DNA of 63,997 nt, filler included, from Asterionella formosa (taxonomy: Eukaryota), in the NCBI GenBank assembly GCA_002256025.1. It is 8 parts of 8 records of this genome, joined end to end, with 100 filler letters (N's around TTAATTAATTAA, not from the genome) between each part and the next. Parts side by side here need not be neighbours in the genome. Positions count along the whole stretch, not along the records: positions 8,103 to 16,100 come from NKIB01012344.1; positions 16,201 to 24,193 come from NKIB01012345.1; 6 more parts are not named here. The stretch is one strand, 5' to 3'. The stretch's first letter is position 1; the number at the start of each line of letters is the position of its first letter. The notes beneath the pieces were generated by a model. That model made no database searches, was not told the DNA's origin, and saw nothing but the letters and a program-made list of their open reading frames with translations. A program made the position numbers and the translations under genes. Shown here one piece after another: positions 11,273 to 23,717 of the stretch.

Positions 11273-12447
11273 CATTTACAAATGGATTTCAATTGCCAAG
11301 TCCGCAACCCCAGAAGGTATAATGAAAATTGTTCTATTGAGGAAGCAATATTTGTTTGTCATGCATACTAGTAAAACCAGGAGACAAGATTTGATCAAAT
11401 CAAAACATTTGAAAAAGTATTTGTTAATAGTGCAACAACTGGAAAGAAGTGGAAGCCAGAAGCAACTTGTATTCCAAAATACAAATAATTTTCTCCACAA
11501 TTGGCAGCTTTGTCAAAAGCAAAGAAAAACAACTATGCATTATGGAACATTGGATCCGCTAATTGATGCATTCCACATGCTACAAAGGGACCTGCTCTAG
11601 GGTCCACCCTTGGACATCCAATCAAATATCTTGATCTTGTCACCAACATGACCTACTCTAGATTTGAGCGTCGTCATGCTGCTTCATTTGAAGTAGCTAG
11701 TTATTGTTTCACTGTGACATCGGTTTGGTCAACAGAACTACTCTGAAGATTTTCATAAGTTATTAAAAGATCCTGGAAGTATTCGTACCTGGACTAGAAG
11801 AGTTATTTCAAGGGCTCAGTTTTCGGAGCATGTAAACATAATTTCACAAAAGGTTCCTGTTAAATGGTGGGCTGATATTGCCCAGAGTCAGTCATTACCA
11901 TTGAGCTCCAAGTGGATAATGTTTTCAACATGGATGAGACTTTCATTCTTGTCTACCCTGGTAAAGACAAGGTACTTTTACTAAAAGATCCTTGGTTCCA
12001 GTTGAAAATGACAAAAAGGGAGTCACACTGGCAGTCATAGCTAGTCATCTTCCTTCACAACTTCTCCCATTATTCATCATTGATACTGGATCATTTGGAG
12101 CAGATCTGATGACCTCTTGGTGCAACAACTACACAAAGTCAACAGTTATTTTCAACAAATCAAATTCATGACTCAATATGCTTTTATTATATATCTTGAC
12201 TGGCTATTGAAAAATTTTCAAATGTCAAAGGTCTATGCTTATTGTAGATCGATCCAAAATTCATTTTGGAACATTCTTGTCTCCAGGTATTCCTGTCTCC
12301 AGGTACCCTGGTAAAGACAAGGTACTTTTACTAAAAGGAACAAAACAAGTAGGCTCCTTGGTTCCAGTTGAAAATGACAAAAAGGGAGTCACACTGGCAG
12401 TCACAGCTAGTCTTCTTTCTTCACAACTTCTCCCACCATTCATCATT
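11273..12447 (+). mobile_element. Degenerate pogo/Tigger-like DDE_1 transposase (with a short internal re-duplication at ~12300-12447)
   Basis: Frameshifted VDNVFNMDETF...PG...GTKQVGS...DKKGVTLAVTAS...LLPPFII...MTQYAFIIYLDWL, typical of the pogo DDE_1 catalytic region. Confidence 0.75.
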
Positions 12448-13805
12448 TCATAACAAAACCACACAATTTGGTAATGATGGTTTCCCAATACTGATGATTC
12501 ACCTATAACTTCATCAATATTCAATCAACCCACTATGTTAAACGTCTCAATTCAATGGCCCATAGTATTGAATAACTTACTATCAAGGAATCATTCATAC
12601 AACAAAGACCATTCTCCAGATAAAGTCACTATATCATTTCGTAACAAAACCACACAATTTGGTAATGATGGTTTCCCAATACTGATTCACCTATAACTTC
12701 ATCAATATTCAATGAATACATCATGTCGAACCGTTCTTTTTTCTGGCACAAAGTATAGAATAAGATACTATCAATATATCATTCATACAACAAGGACCAT
12801 TCTCCAGATGATATCACTATATCATTGTATAGCAAAACCACACAATTTGGTAATGATGGTTTCCCAATACTGATTCACCTATAACTTCATCAATATTCAC
12901 TCAACACATCACGTTGAACGTCTCAGTTCCTTGGCTTATAGTATAGAATAAGGTACTATCAATATATCATTCATACAACCAGGACCATTCTCCAGATAAG
13001 GTCACTATACGATTTCATAACAAGACCACACCATTTGGCAATATGGTTTTCCAATACTGCTTCAGCACCTATAACTTCATCAATATTCAATGAATACATC
13101 ATGTTGGAAGTCTCAATTCCCAGGCGCGTAGTATAGAAAAAGATTTATTTAACAATATGTCATTCATACAACAAGGACCATTCTCCAGATGAGTTCACTA
13201 TGTCATTTCATAACAAAACCACAATATTTGGTAATGATGGTTTCCCGATAATGATTTCACCTATAACTACATCAATATTTACTCTAAACATCATATTGAA
13301 CGTCTCAGTTCATTTGAAAATAAGTTTAGAATAAGGTATTATCAATGTATCATTTATACAACAAGGAACATTTTCCAGATGAGGTCGCTACATCATTTCG
13401 TAACAAAACCACACAATTTGGTAATGATGGTTTCCCAATACTGATTCACCTATGACTTCTTCAATATTCAGTCAACACATCATGTTGTACGTCTCAATTC
13501 ATTGGCGCATAGTTTAAAATAAGGTACTACTATCAATATATCATTCATACAACCAGGACCATTCTCCAGATAATGTCATTATATCATTTCATAACAAAAC
13601 CACACCATTTGGTAATGATGGTTTCCCAATACTGACGATTCACCTATAACTCCATCAACATTCAACAAACAAATCATAATGAACCTTTCTTTTTTACTGG
13701 CACAATATTCCAGCAACGCATTATGTTGATCGTCTCAATTCACTGGCTGGCACATAGTATAGAGTAAGGTACTATCAATTTATTATTTATGCAAAAAGTA
13801 CCATC
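12443..13805. repeat. Tandem satellite, about 7 diverged units of about 190 bp
   Basis: A CAAAACCACACAATTTGGTAATGATGG-type anchor (with point variants) recurs at 12454, 12645, 12833, 13021, 13214, 13404 and 13595 (spacing 188-193 bp). Confidence 0.92.
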
Positions 13806-14594
13806 TTCATGATTAGTTGTGTCGGCATACAATTCTATATCAATGCTGCACACCTAATCCTTGCTACTGACTCTTCTATATCTGTATCAATATGCATCCA
13901 ATGTATGATGATGTGGAATGATTCAATTTACTGGAAGATTTTTTACAATAAGTTACTATCACTATGCAAGTCACTGGAAGATAGTATACAATAAGTTACT
14001 ATCAATAGCTATATCATTCAGCATGCAATTAGCACAATATTCTATTGCTTTCAGCATGCAATTAGCACAATATTCTATTGCTTTGATGATGTCACCACAC
14101 CATTTTATATCAAAGCAACACAATTTTGCTAATGATTGTGTCCCACTACTAATTTTCATATAACTTTGTTTATCAAGAATATACCACAAATAGTAGCCAC
14201 TTGAGGTTGAAATTAATGTATACCAAATCTTCCTTGATTTCGTACTTTTTATAACCATGGGAAGGTTCTTGGGATGCTCTCACTCATTATCATGGCTGGC
14301 TCACTCATTAACTACATTGCATTACTCTTAGTTGTCACCACTGTCAAATATTTTACATGGTTTCATGTATGTATAACATGTGTACCAGTATTTATACTAA
14401 ATTTTTATATGGATGGTGTCTTTTGCTATTTATTTTGGTGTTCGATGACGTCATGAAACCTATCCCTATCCCCAAATTTGGGCGGGTTAGGGTTATGGTT
14501 TCACAATATCTCCACGACAGGTTTTATAACATCACTAAGCGTGCTCCACAAAACCCGAAAAGTACGTGGAGATATTAAGAGGTTTACGGTATTG

Positions 14595-15205
14595 TCACCT
14601 CATACTCAGGCTACAACACGTTCTTGTACAGACAAGATGACGACATTGGTATCGTCTATTGGTGATGGAGGGGACGCAATAACACTCTGTGGGAAGTGTG
14701 CTATTGAAAGTATTGCCGGACAAATAAAGATAAGTGAGACTTGTCAAGAGTCCAAAGTACTCTGTGGGAAGTATACCAGTGAGACTTGTCAAGAGTTCAG
14801 AACCCGTAGGTGACGGTGCTGCAACCAATGATGATTTAGATTTTGTGAGCTGAATGGGAGTTGCGATGATGGTTACTGACAAGCCAATTACCAAAAATAG
14901 CACCAAGGCAGTCCGCACTTGACGTTTACATTGAGCCCTTGCTTTTGCTTTAATGTCAACAACAGAGGCACTGGCAAGTTCTGGATCAACCACTAGCTCA
15001 GCATTGAATAGTGTTGCACGTTCTAGCTGGCCATGTTCACTCCTAATCTCGTTGGTGTCAAAATCAAAATCAACATTACCATTCACAAAGGAATAGTTCT
15101 GTGAAGATGTCCATAATCCCTGAAACGCACCAGGACCAGGAAATGAATCAACTCCGAGATTCAAACATTCTGTTTCTGTCTTCTTTCGACGAAAAGCTCT
15201 TAGCA
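14595..15205 (-). pseudogene. Internally deleted, 5'-truncated TM-LRR paralog
   Basis: PGAF...LFNAELVVD...RQVRTALVLFLVIGLSVTIIATPIQLTK matches the juxtamembrane and TM region of 1187-3418. The stalk then jumps directly to about 1.5 LRRs (GLLTSLTYLYLSGNTFNSTLPTE) and a Cys-rich tail. The 5' end abuts the second pogo copy. Confidence 0.8.
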
Positions 15206-16100
15206 TTTGTTAATAGTGCAACAACTGGAAAGAAGTAGAAGCCAGAAGCAACTTGTATTCCAAAATACAAATTAAATACAAATAATTTTCTCCACAATTG
15301 GCAGCTTCGTCACAAGCAAAGAAAAACAACTATGCCTTATGGTACATTGGATCCGCTAATTGACGCATTCCACAAGCTACAAAGGGACCTGCTCTAGGGT
15401 CCACCCTTGGACATCCAATCAAATATCTTGTCCAGCAGATTCATGTCACCAAAATGACATATTCTAGATTTGAGTGTGGTGATGCTGCTTCATTTGAAGT
15501 AGCTAGTAATTGTTTCACTGCAACATCGGTTTGGTCAACAGAACTACTCTGAAGATTTTCAGAAGTTATTGAAAGATCCTGGAAGTATTCGAACATGAAC
15601 TAGAAGAGTTATTTCAAGGGCTCAGTTTTCGGAGCATGTAAATATAATTTCACAAAAGGTTCCTGTTAAATGGTGGGCTGATATTTCCCGGAGTCAGTCA
15701 TTACCATTGAGCTCCAAGTGGATAATGTTTTCAACATGGATGAGACTTTCATTCTTGTCTACCCTGGTAAAGACAAGGTACTTTTACTAAAAGATCCTTG
15801 GTTCCAGTTGAAAATGACAAAAAGGGAGTCACACTGGCAGTCATAGCTAGTCATCTTCCTTCACAACTTCTCCCATTATTCATCATTGATACTGGATCAT
15901 TTGGAGCAGATCTGATGACCTCTTGGTGCAACAACTACACAAAGTCAACAGTTATTTTCAACAAATCAAATTCATGACTCAATATGCTTTTATTATATAT
16001 CTTGACTGGCTATTGAAAAATTTTCAAATGTCAAAGGTCTATGCTTATTGTAGATCGATCCAAAATTCATTTTGGAACAATTATTACAGATTGGCTAGAA
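15206..16100 (+). mobile_element. Second copy of the degenerate pogo-like transposase fragment
   Basis: Near-identical to 11420-12273 (offset about 3.8 kb), including shared disabling lesions. Confidence 0.85.
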
Positions 16101-16200
16101 NNNNNNNNNNNNNNNNNNNNNNNNNNNNNNNNNNNNNNNNNNNNTTAATTAATTAANNNNNNNNNNNNNNNNNNNNNNNNNNNNNNNNNNNNNNNNNNNN

Positions 16201-16529
16201 TTTTGGAAACAAGGAGCTGGCTGGTGGTGCATCGTGGATACTGTGCCTGTATGTCTACCCTTCTCTTTCTTGTTCTTTGACCTCCGTATGAACTGAATAT
16301 GCATTGTTTGTTAAGATATGGAAAAAGGTCTTATGTGTGTTTAAACAGCTATGATCTTACTCTTTGAGTCATGTTCTTCGCTTCCAGAAAAGCAACGAGG
16401 ACTCAGTTGCGGGCCGGTCCTGGAAGAAACAGCCAGGCAATTGTTTTGTTATTCCTCGTCAGGAGTACAGAAAGGATGCATCTGTAAGTTTGAGAAATAT
16501 TTTGGAAAATGGAGACAGGTTGTGCGTTA

Positions 16530-16598
<69 letters not shown>

Positions 16599-16985
16599 CA
16601 CTATCGCTGTTGTTTCTGCTGTTATCCTTTTGGATCTTATTTTTGGAAACAAGGAGCTGGCTGGTGGTGCATCGTGGATACTGTGCCTGTATGTCTACCC
16701 TTCTCTTTCTTGTTCTTTGCCCTCCGTTTGAACTGAATATGCATTGTTTGTTAAGAAATGGAAAAAGGTCTTATGTGTGTTTAAACAGCTATGATCTTAC
16801 TCTTTGAGTCATGTTCTTCGCTTCCAGAAAAGCAACGAGGACTCAGTTGCGGGCCGGTCCTGGAAGAAACAGACAGGCAATTGTTTTGTTATTCCTCGTC
16901 AGGAGTACAGAAAGGATGCATCTGTAAGTTTGAGAAATATTTTGGAAAATGGAGACAGGTTGTGCGTTACATTGTTGTTGTTGTT
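16201..16985. repeat. 440-bp tandem duplication containing a variable-length (GTT)n microsatellite
   Basis: The unit starting TTTTGGAAACAAGGAGC occurs at 16201 and ~16641. The (GTT)n tract is long in the first copy (16532-16598) and short in the second. Confidence 0.9.
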
Positions 16986-17789
16986 CCTCTTGTTGCTCTG
17001 CACCATCGTGTTCTTCGACTGTGTTTGGAACTATGTTCGATTGTTGTTGTAGTTCCTCTACCTCCATTTCGTCATGACTTACTCTGTGAACCTTGTTCTT
17101 TTCCTACAGACAATCAAACTGTTTTTGGCAGTGCAGGGTTGAACCTTGGGAAGAATGAAATGTGTCATGCTCTGTGTCAGGCAGGCTATCAATCATTTGT
17201 TTTTCGCATTGTCGAAATGATTCCTCTGGTGCAAAGGGGACAATAATATACATGGTAAGCAAGCTCAATGTTTTCTTGCCTTTTGTTGCTTGATACTGTT
17301 TGCTGTTGCTTGTTGTGGGCGGATCTCCTCTCCTATTTTCCTTCGTCTTTGTTCGGAATTGTTAGCGCATGAATTGCTATTTGTAATGAATTATAAAAAG
17401 GGCTTGATTGTGTGCTTGTTACTTGCTTGTTGATCACGAACTTACTCTGCAAACGCTGTTCTTTGTCTACAGACAATCAATCTGTTGAGCAAGAGATTTG
17501 TTGGGAATCAGGCTGCGGCATAGTAGCTAAGCACAACGAAAATGATGCCTTTGTATTGATTGTTTGTTCATGAACTCACTCTGCGATTGTTGTTCACTGA
17601 TCGCAGACAATCATATGATCAGGGGTGGGTTGGCCATTGGGGAACATGGTAAGGAGCACAGCAGAACCGAAATCATGGCTTCGTAACTTTTTTTTCTCAT
17701 CAACTCACTCTGCAAATGTTTCCCTCTTTCTTCAAAAGACAATCAATCCGAGCAATGAGAATGAGCCGCTGCTATGACTTGATCTACCG

Positions 17790-20700
17790 GTAGTAGTAAC
17801 AGGGATTCCTGCAACTCAATCACTGCTGCTCTTGAATATGCTGCCCTGTTTCAAGATGGTGAGACTCTCATTCATGTTGATACTGGAGCAAATGGAAATG
17901 TGACATGTGTCAGTAATGAGCTCCATAACGTGGTCAGCTCTACCGTGGTCTGTCAAACTGCCAAAATTGGAGACAATGATCAGGTTGGTTATATTGGCAC
18001 ATTACTACCTTGTTTCATATTTGCTGATCGTACACTCGAATTAGAAATATCCTTGCCAAACACTGTTGAACTTCCCCATTATCGCCGACGGTCACTTAGT
18101 ATTCATGCCCTCAAACGACTTGGATATGAAGCTGATCATTGCCTTCGCCGACATGGGAACCTCCTCTGGTTAAAGCTCCCTAATGGAAAAGAATACTCAT
18201 TTAAACTTCTTACATTCGATGACGCTGATTATCTAATTGTGCGCCTCCATAAGCTTGCTCTCACGATCACTACATCTGCTATTAACCTAGTTAATACTAT
18301 GAAACCTAAAGGGCTATACCAAGGCGCTCTTAGATCATCCAGCTGGTGATCAATCAGTAGCAACGCACACCATGGCTCTGCGACATGCTATTGATGATCT
18401 TATACCTAGCTGTTCGCCGTGGTTACCTCATGACATGTCTATAACGGAAATTTCAGATCTTCTCCCTGATGAGGCACATGGACTGATGTTAGAATATCTC
18501 CCTGATTTGGCTCGCTGCGAAATTATTGGTATTGAACCTTGCAGTGCCTTTGGACGACATATGACCAAAGGACCTACGCAATTACTCCGTGGTCGCATTC
18601 TGTTACAGATTAACGGTAATGATGTTCGAACGGTTAATGATGCAGAAGAGTTATTAGATGGATATGTGAGCGCAACCCATGGTCGTTTATCCTTAAGGGA
18701 TCACTATGATCCTCGCTTTGTCCCTGGTATTCTTACAAACTTGACCATCCTGTCTGTGAAGAAACCTCGCGCTAATGCTCTATGGCATGACACCTTCATT
18801 TTTGGTGCAGGTGATCTCAGTGTGCTCAGATCAGGGTTCACAGTCTCTTTGATAACCTCTACGCCAGCGAGCTAATGCCCTCGCTCTTTTCACGAAGCAA
18901 TGAAAGGACCATTTAAAGGGGAGTGGAATGCAGCACAGTTGTCACAGTATTGGAACATTTGGACCACCATCACTCGCTCCTGCCAATGCAACGATACTTC
19001 CAGCTGTACTGGTCTTCAAACATGTCCTTAATACTGCAAAACAAATCAATGATCGCAAAGTTCGCCTCTGCGTGAATGGTAGTTTCCAAATCAAAGGAGT
19101 AGATTACACTGAATCTTTTGCACCAACCATCTTGGCTATGTCTATCAAAGTTTTTCTTGCCATTGGTACATATCTGCATTATGATTTTTACCATCTTGAT
19201 ATTAGCAATGCATTTCAAAATACACCAGCAACTCCCAATGAAGCTGGCAATCGCATTTGGATCAGAGTGTTTCCTGAGTACATCCTATGGTTCCAAACTA
19301 GATTCCCTACTGAATATGCCTCAATGACTAAAACACTCCCGGCTAGTAACAAATATGCATGGAAATCTCTTGGAGTTGAAATGTTTGCACATGTTCAAGG
19401 TCGCAAAGATGCATCCCGTGAATGGGGAGAACATATTGACAAAGTCATATGTGGGGAACTTGGACTACTAGTAAAGAATCGAGCAGATCAATGCATTTAC
19501 CAAGGAATTATTAATACTCACCATGTCATCATGGCCAGAGCTACTGATGATATCCTCATTGGAACACATTCTCTCGCTACGTACAAGCACATTGTTGCCA
19601 CCTTAGAATCTCAATGGAAGGTTCATAACTTGGGAATTGTCTCACAATTTTTTGGACTTCGGTTCCTCTTAAGCCCCAATTGTATAAATATTGATCCAAT
19701 CCATATGGTTTCGGAGATATTAACATATGTCTACGGTACCACATGGAATAAGCAAGCACTCTCCATTGCAAATATAGTCCCTATGCTTGCTGGAACACAG
19801 CACGAGGAAGCCTTGGCAAGTTGTGTACCATATTCAAGCCTCGAGATGAAAACAGCCATCAAAACATACTATGGATTTGAATATTGCACACTGTTGGGGC
19901 AGCTTCAACATCTCTGTCAATGGACTAGATTAGATATTCAAACTGCAGTTCAACGTCTTGCTCAATATCAAAATGCTCCTGGCATGTTTCACTTTGAGGG
20001 ACTCCTTCAAATTGCTAAATATCTTCGTCGCTATCCTGACCTTCCTCTTACTTTCAATCGAAACATACCACGTGGTTCAGTTATTTTTATTGCCCACATC
20101 AGCCAAGCAGCTCCGTGGTTAGGCGAACCCACTGTTATTAGTGTCGAAGCTCATCAGTTTGACAAAGAGCAAACATTTTGGCACATTCCTAGTAAGCTGA
20201 CGACTAGTGGAGTGATTGAAACTCATCATATTAATGCAATCAACTTGCCTCACCTTCTGCAGGAACAGAAGCATTTTTCGGGTGTGAGAAGTAGCCAAGG
20301 TTTAGCCGCGATAACCAAGGGATTTGCCGATGCAAATTTTGGAGGGGCGGTTTTTGACCGTCTTGCCTACTCTGGCGGAGTAGTCATGATCAATGGTACA
20401 GCTGTTATTACATTGTGTCGCAAACAAAGTACCACTGCTTACAATAAAACAGAAGCTGAACTAGATGCTGCTACTACATTATCTAAACATGTGCTCTGGC
20501 TCCTACGAATTTATATGGAAGACATGTATCTCCCTTACCACACTCCTATTGCTATCGGTGAAGATAACTCTGCTGCACAAATTATTGCTGAGACTGGCAA
20601 ACTCACTCGCAATGTTCGTCATATAGCCACTAAGACACAGGCTCTCCAGGAACATGTTCGCCATGTTCGAGTCTCTTTTCACCATGTGTCATCTGCTCAC

Positions 20701-21056
20701 AATTATGCGGACCACTTCACCAAAGCTTTACCATTTGCTACTCTCAGTGCTCACTGCATGACCATGATGGGATATTCTTTCCTTGATGCTGGTCATCGGG
20801 CTCTTGCTCATCCATTTTCTTCCGTCCTCTGACAACTATTGCTTTCATTTTCTTTCTCTTTCATTTTCTTCTTCCAGAGATGGGGGGATATTATAAATCG
20901 CAAGTCTGTCCTTCTGATCTATCTTTTATCTGACGCATGAAGTATTCTGTACTCGTGTGACTCATTATTCTAGTCAAGTTAAACTACACTAATCACTCTT
21001 TTAACATACCCACTTCCAAACTCTTTTTGAGCTTGTCAGGTTTGTTAATCGACTCA
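17790..21056 (+). mobile_element. Ty1/copia (CoDi-type) LTR retrotransposon relic: protease, PDZ-like region, RT, RNase H, PPT and 3' LTR; integrase apparently deleted
   Basis: IHVDTGANG protease motif (~17870). RT motifs KVRLCVNGS.Q..GVDY.ESFAP, LDISNAFQ, ATDD. RNase H motifs GFADANF, TEAEL, EDNSAA, NYADHFTKAL (ORF 18928-20832). Polypurine tract GAGATGGGGGG at 20877-20887, then LTR ~20889-21056 ending CA. Confidence 0.92.
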
Positions 21057-21399
21057 CACTACTCTCCAATCTCGGAAAGGATGCAGCAGCTCAAAATGCA
21101 AGAAATACCTCAACCACTTTTTTGTACTGATAATCATGTATGTACCAGGTGGTACTTCACGTCGTGTAGCATACTTTTGTGGAATCTGAATTAGGTCATT
21201 CTGTTGTGTATTACAGACATAGATACAAACTTTCAACAATACACTCCTTGTTGTTCTTTAGGCGACTAAAAAGTTCGATGTTAAAATGTAAACACAAACT
21301 CCCCGAGTGACGGTTTATGCTTTTTCAGACACTTTTATGCAAAAATTGTATTCTTTCCTGGTCTGAAATCTTCCCTCCCCTCCTCTGACACTACCACTC

Positions 21400-22690
21400 C
21401 AGTTTCCTCTTCTTCTTGGATAGATACCACCACGTTTAATCATGCCCAGGACGGTTCCATGTCCAATTTAAATGTCCAGTGCACTGTTGCAACCTCCACG
21501 ATTTAGCAGCCTGTTCTCTTGTCACCTCTCGCTACACCATTACCCCAAAACATCCCCTTTCTGTCAACAACCCCCCATCATGCCCCAATCCCACTGCACC
21601 CATTCCCCCTGGTGTCCTGGGCTCTGGCCGGCTTGTCTGTGATGCTTCCCCTGCTGACCCAATGCCTGCGCAGCCCCTTCCTATACGTCCTCTGTTGCGG
21701 CTCTCCCTGCTGTACCCAATCCCACCAGGAGCACACCCCCACCTGTTCCCCATGCTTCCGCCCATCACAAAAACCAGGTCCACAGTATCTCTGATTCTCC
21801 TACTTACAACCCCTATTCTCCTCCCCTCTCCGACTTTGCTATGGATGACTGTCCAGATGAAGCTTTCTCTTACCTCGATAGTGATGATCCATTTCCAGCC
21901 TTGCTTGGCTGGCTCTGCCTGCCATGTTGGTGCTCCACCCTTGTCCCCTGCTTGATGTTTGGGTACTCTCCGCCATGTTTCTGCCCTTGCCAACCGACTC
22001 TGCCCGGACTCAGGCGCATCCGTTGACATGTTTCCTCTCTGCTCTTGCTTTTTGACCTACACTCCCCTCACTAATTGCTCTGTCGTGTTGCCACCAATGC
22101 TCACACTCCGGTCATGGTTTGTGGTACTGTTGCCATCTGCCTTGGTGGTGACACCCACTTTGTTCGGCTCTCCAACTGCCTTCATGTTCCCGATTTGGAT
22201 ATTCCCCTTCTCTCCATTCAGGTCCACCGCCATTGTGGCCAAGGTTGCACATTTCTTGCTGATGCTGGTGGCTGTGTCCTTACTTTCCCTTCCTTCATCC
22301 TTCCAGTTGATGACACTACCAACTGCCTCATCGCATACTCCCCTGCTCCAAATGCTACCCATTTCTCCTGTGATGATCCGATCCCCCATCCCAGTACAAC
22401 AACTACTGATCCCGGCTCGCATTGTGACGCTCCTGCGGATCTGCTGCCACCAATTGGTCGTGCTGTCCATCATTTCTCTTCTCACAACCTCCATAAACTC
22501 TTTAGAAACCGTATGTTCCGGAACGATTCCATCTTTGCCACTGTGGATTGTGGTGGGTGGTATCCAGCTATCTGAACGCTATGAACATCCTCTCTTTATT
22601 GGTGATGTTGTCAACATCAAGCGCAGTCCCTCTGGTTCTCCTCTTTCCTCTCCCACGTCCATCCTCCATCGCGTTGGGGAGGATATTGCA
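21400..22690 (+). mobile_element. Second copia relic: gag knuckle, protease and pre-integrase, frameshifted
   Basis: CPVHCCNLHDLAAC knuckle, LCPDSGASVDMF protease motif, LHVPDLDIPLLS, then IGDVVNIKR...HRVGEDI at the integrase entry. Confidence 0.8.
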
Positions 22691-23179
22691 TCTAAGACAC
22701 CGTTTACGGCACTTTTTCGAATTTATGTTTAAAGTGACTTATTTATGCTACTTTTTCCGGAATTTATTTGGGTCAAACCAGAATTTATGTGATCTAAAAC
22801 AAAAGTCATTTCCCTTATCGAATAATTATGTGAACAACCCAATAATTATGTGTGTTTGCAAAAATATTCACTGACCAACTAGCCGTTACTACAGTATGAT
22901 GGCAAAATTATGCTACTTCGCAGCAATATTATGCTGGTTTCACCAAATAAATAAATTAAGAGTCCCCAATATCGATTCAATTATTATTTTTTCTGCTTTC
23001 AAATCTTTTTGGTATCAACTGCCAAAGAATAATACATTGCTTTGTCGGCACTGATACCTGCATTAACGACTACACATATTGCCGGTACAATCAATAAATC
23101 AATTCTCACTTGATAAAGATCGATTTTTACATCTTTAGCTTCAACTCATCATGCTATTGTCATAGCCGTAGTATTATTC

Positions 23180-23470
23180 ATTTTTCAGCTACTGTGAAAG
23201 TGTCGAATTCCTTAGAAATATTGTCATCTTCAATTGTGCATTTCTAAATTAGCTACATAAAAATGGCGCCATCGGCGACTTTAATTTTCATCGTCAATTT
23301 TAGTGTTATTACAGTTATTCTTTTACGATTGTATTGTCTATGTTTTGCTTGACATATGCTCAAAATAGGAAAGAGTCGCTCTCAGTCAAGGCTTAAACGA
23401 CATGCTGCAGGATGCTCCAGCCGATCATGACAACTACACTGCAGTGTTTTGTATATGAAAAAAATTGCAT
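23180..23470. repeat. Interspersed repeat; diverged inverted homolog at ~30405-30720
   Basis: The reverse complement (AAAACACTGCAGTGTAGTTGTC...GGCTGGAG...GAAAATTAAAGTCGCC...ATGCACAATTGAAGATGAC) aligns collinearly with 30405-30720. Confidence 0.65.
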
Positions 23471-23520
23471 CATGTGAGCTAAATAAAATACTTGATAGCG
23501 CTAACGAGGGGGGATACAGG

Positions 23521-23717
23521 TGAGCGATCTTGCGCATCAATACAGATGTATATAGGGTTAGTGTTATATCATATATGTATCAGAACTCAATAATGAGAGA
23601 ACTCGACTAACCCTCATTGTATACTTTGGTGTCGACTTAGAGAACAAGTTACACACAAGGATTAACAAATAAGCTCATATATTCAACAAATACTACTACT
23701 TCTAGTTAGATACTTCA
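23521..23717 (+). mobile_element. LTR of a gypsy-type family (copy 1, apparently solo)
   Basis: TGAGCGATC...TACTACTTCTAGTTAGATACTTCA; homologous to the minus-strand copies at 28868-29060 and 53627-53829. Confidence 0.8.

Noticed and set aside
12491..12520. Hammerhead ribozyme (retrozyme) in the 190-bp satellite, and CTGATGA...GAAA on the minus strand at ~4495-4515
   Set aside because: CTGATGA is present in only one satellite unit (CTGACGA in one other) with no GAAA partner; the 4.5-kb site lacks a pairing stem II.
16351..16807. Poly-Val/Leu/Cys ORFs (also the poly-Leu ORF at 40519)
   Set aside because: Translations of (GTT)n and (GCT)n microsatellites.
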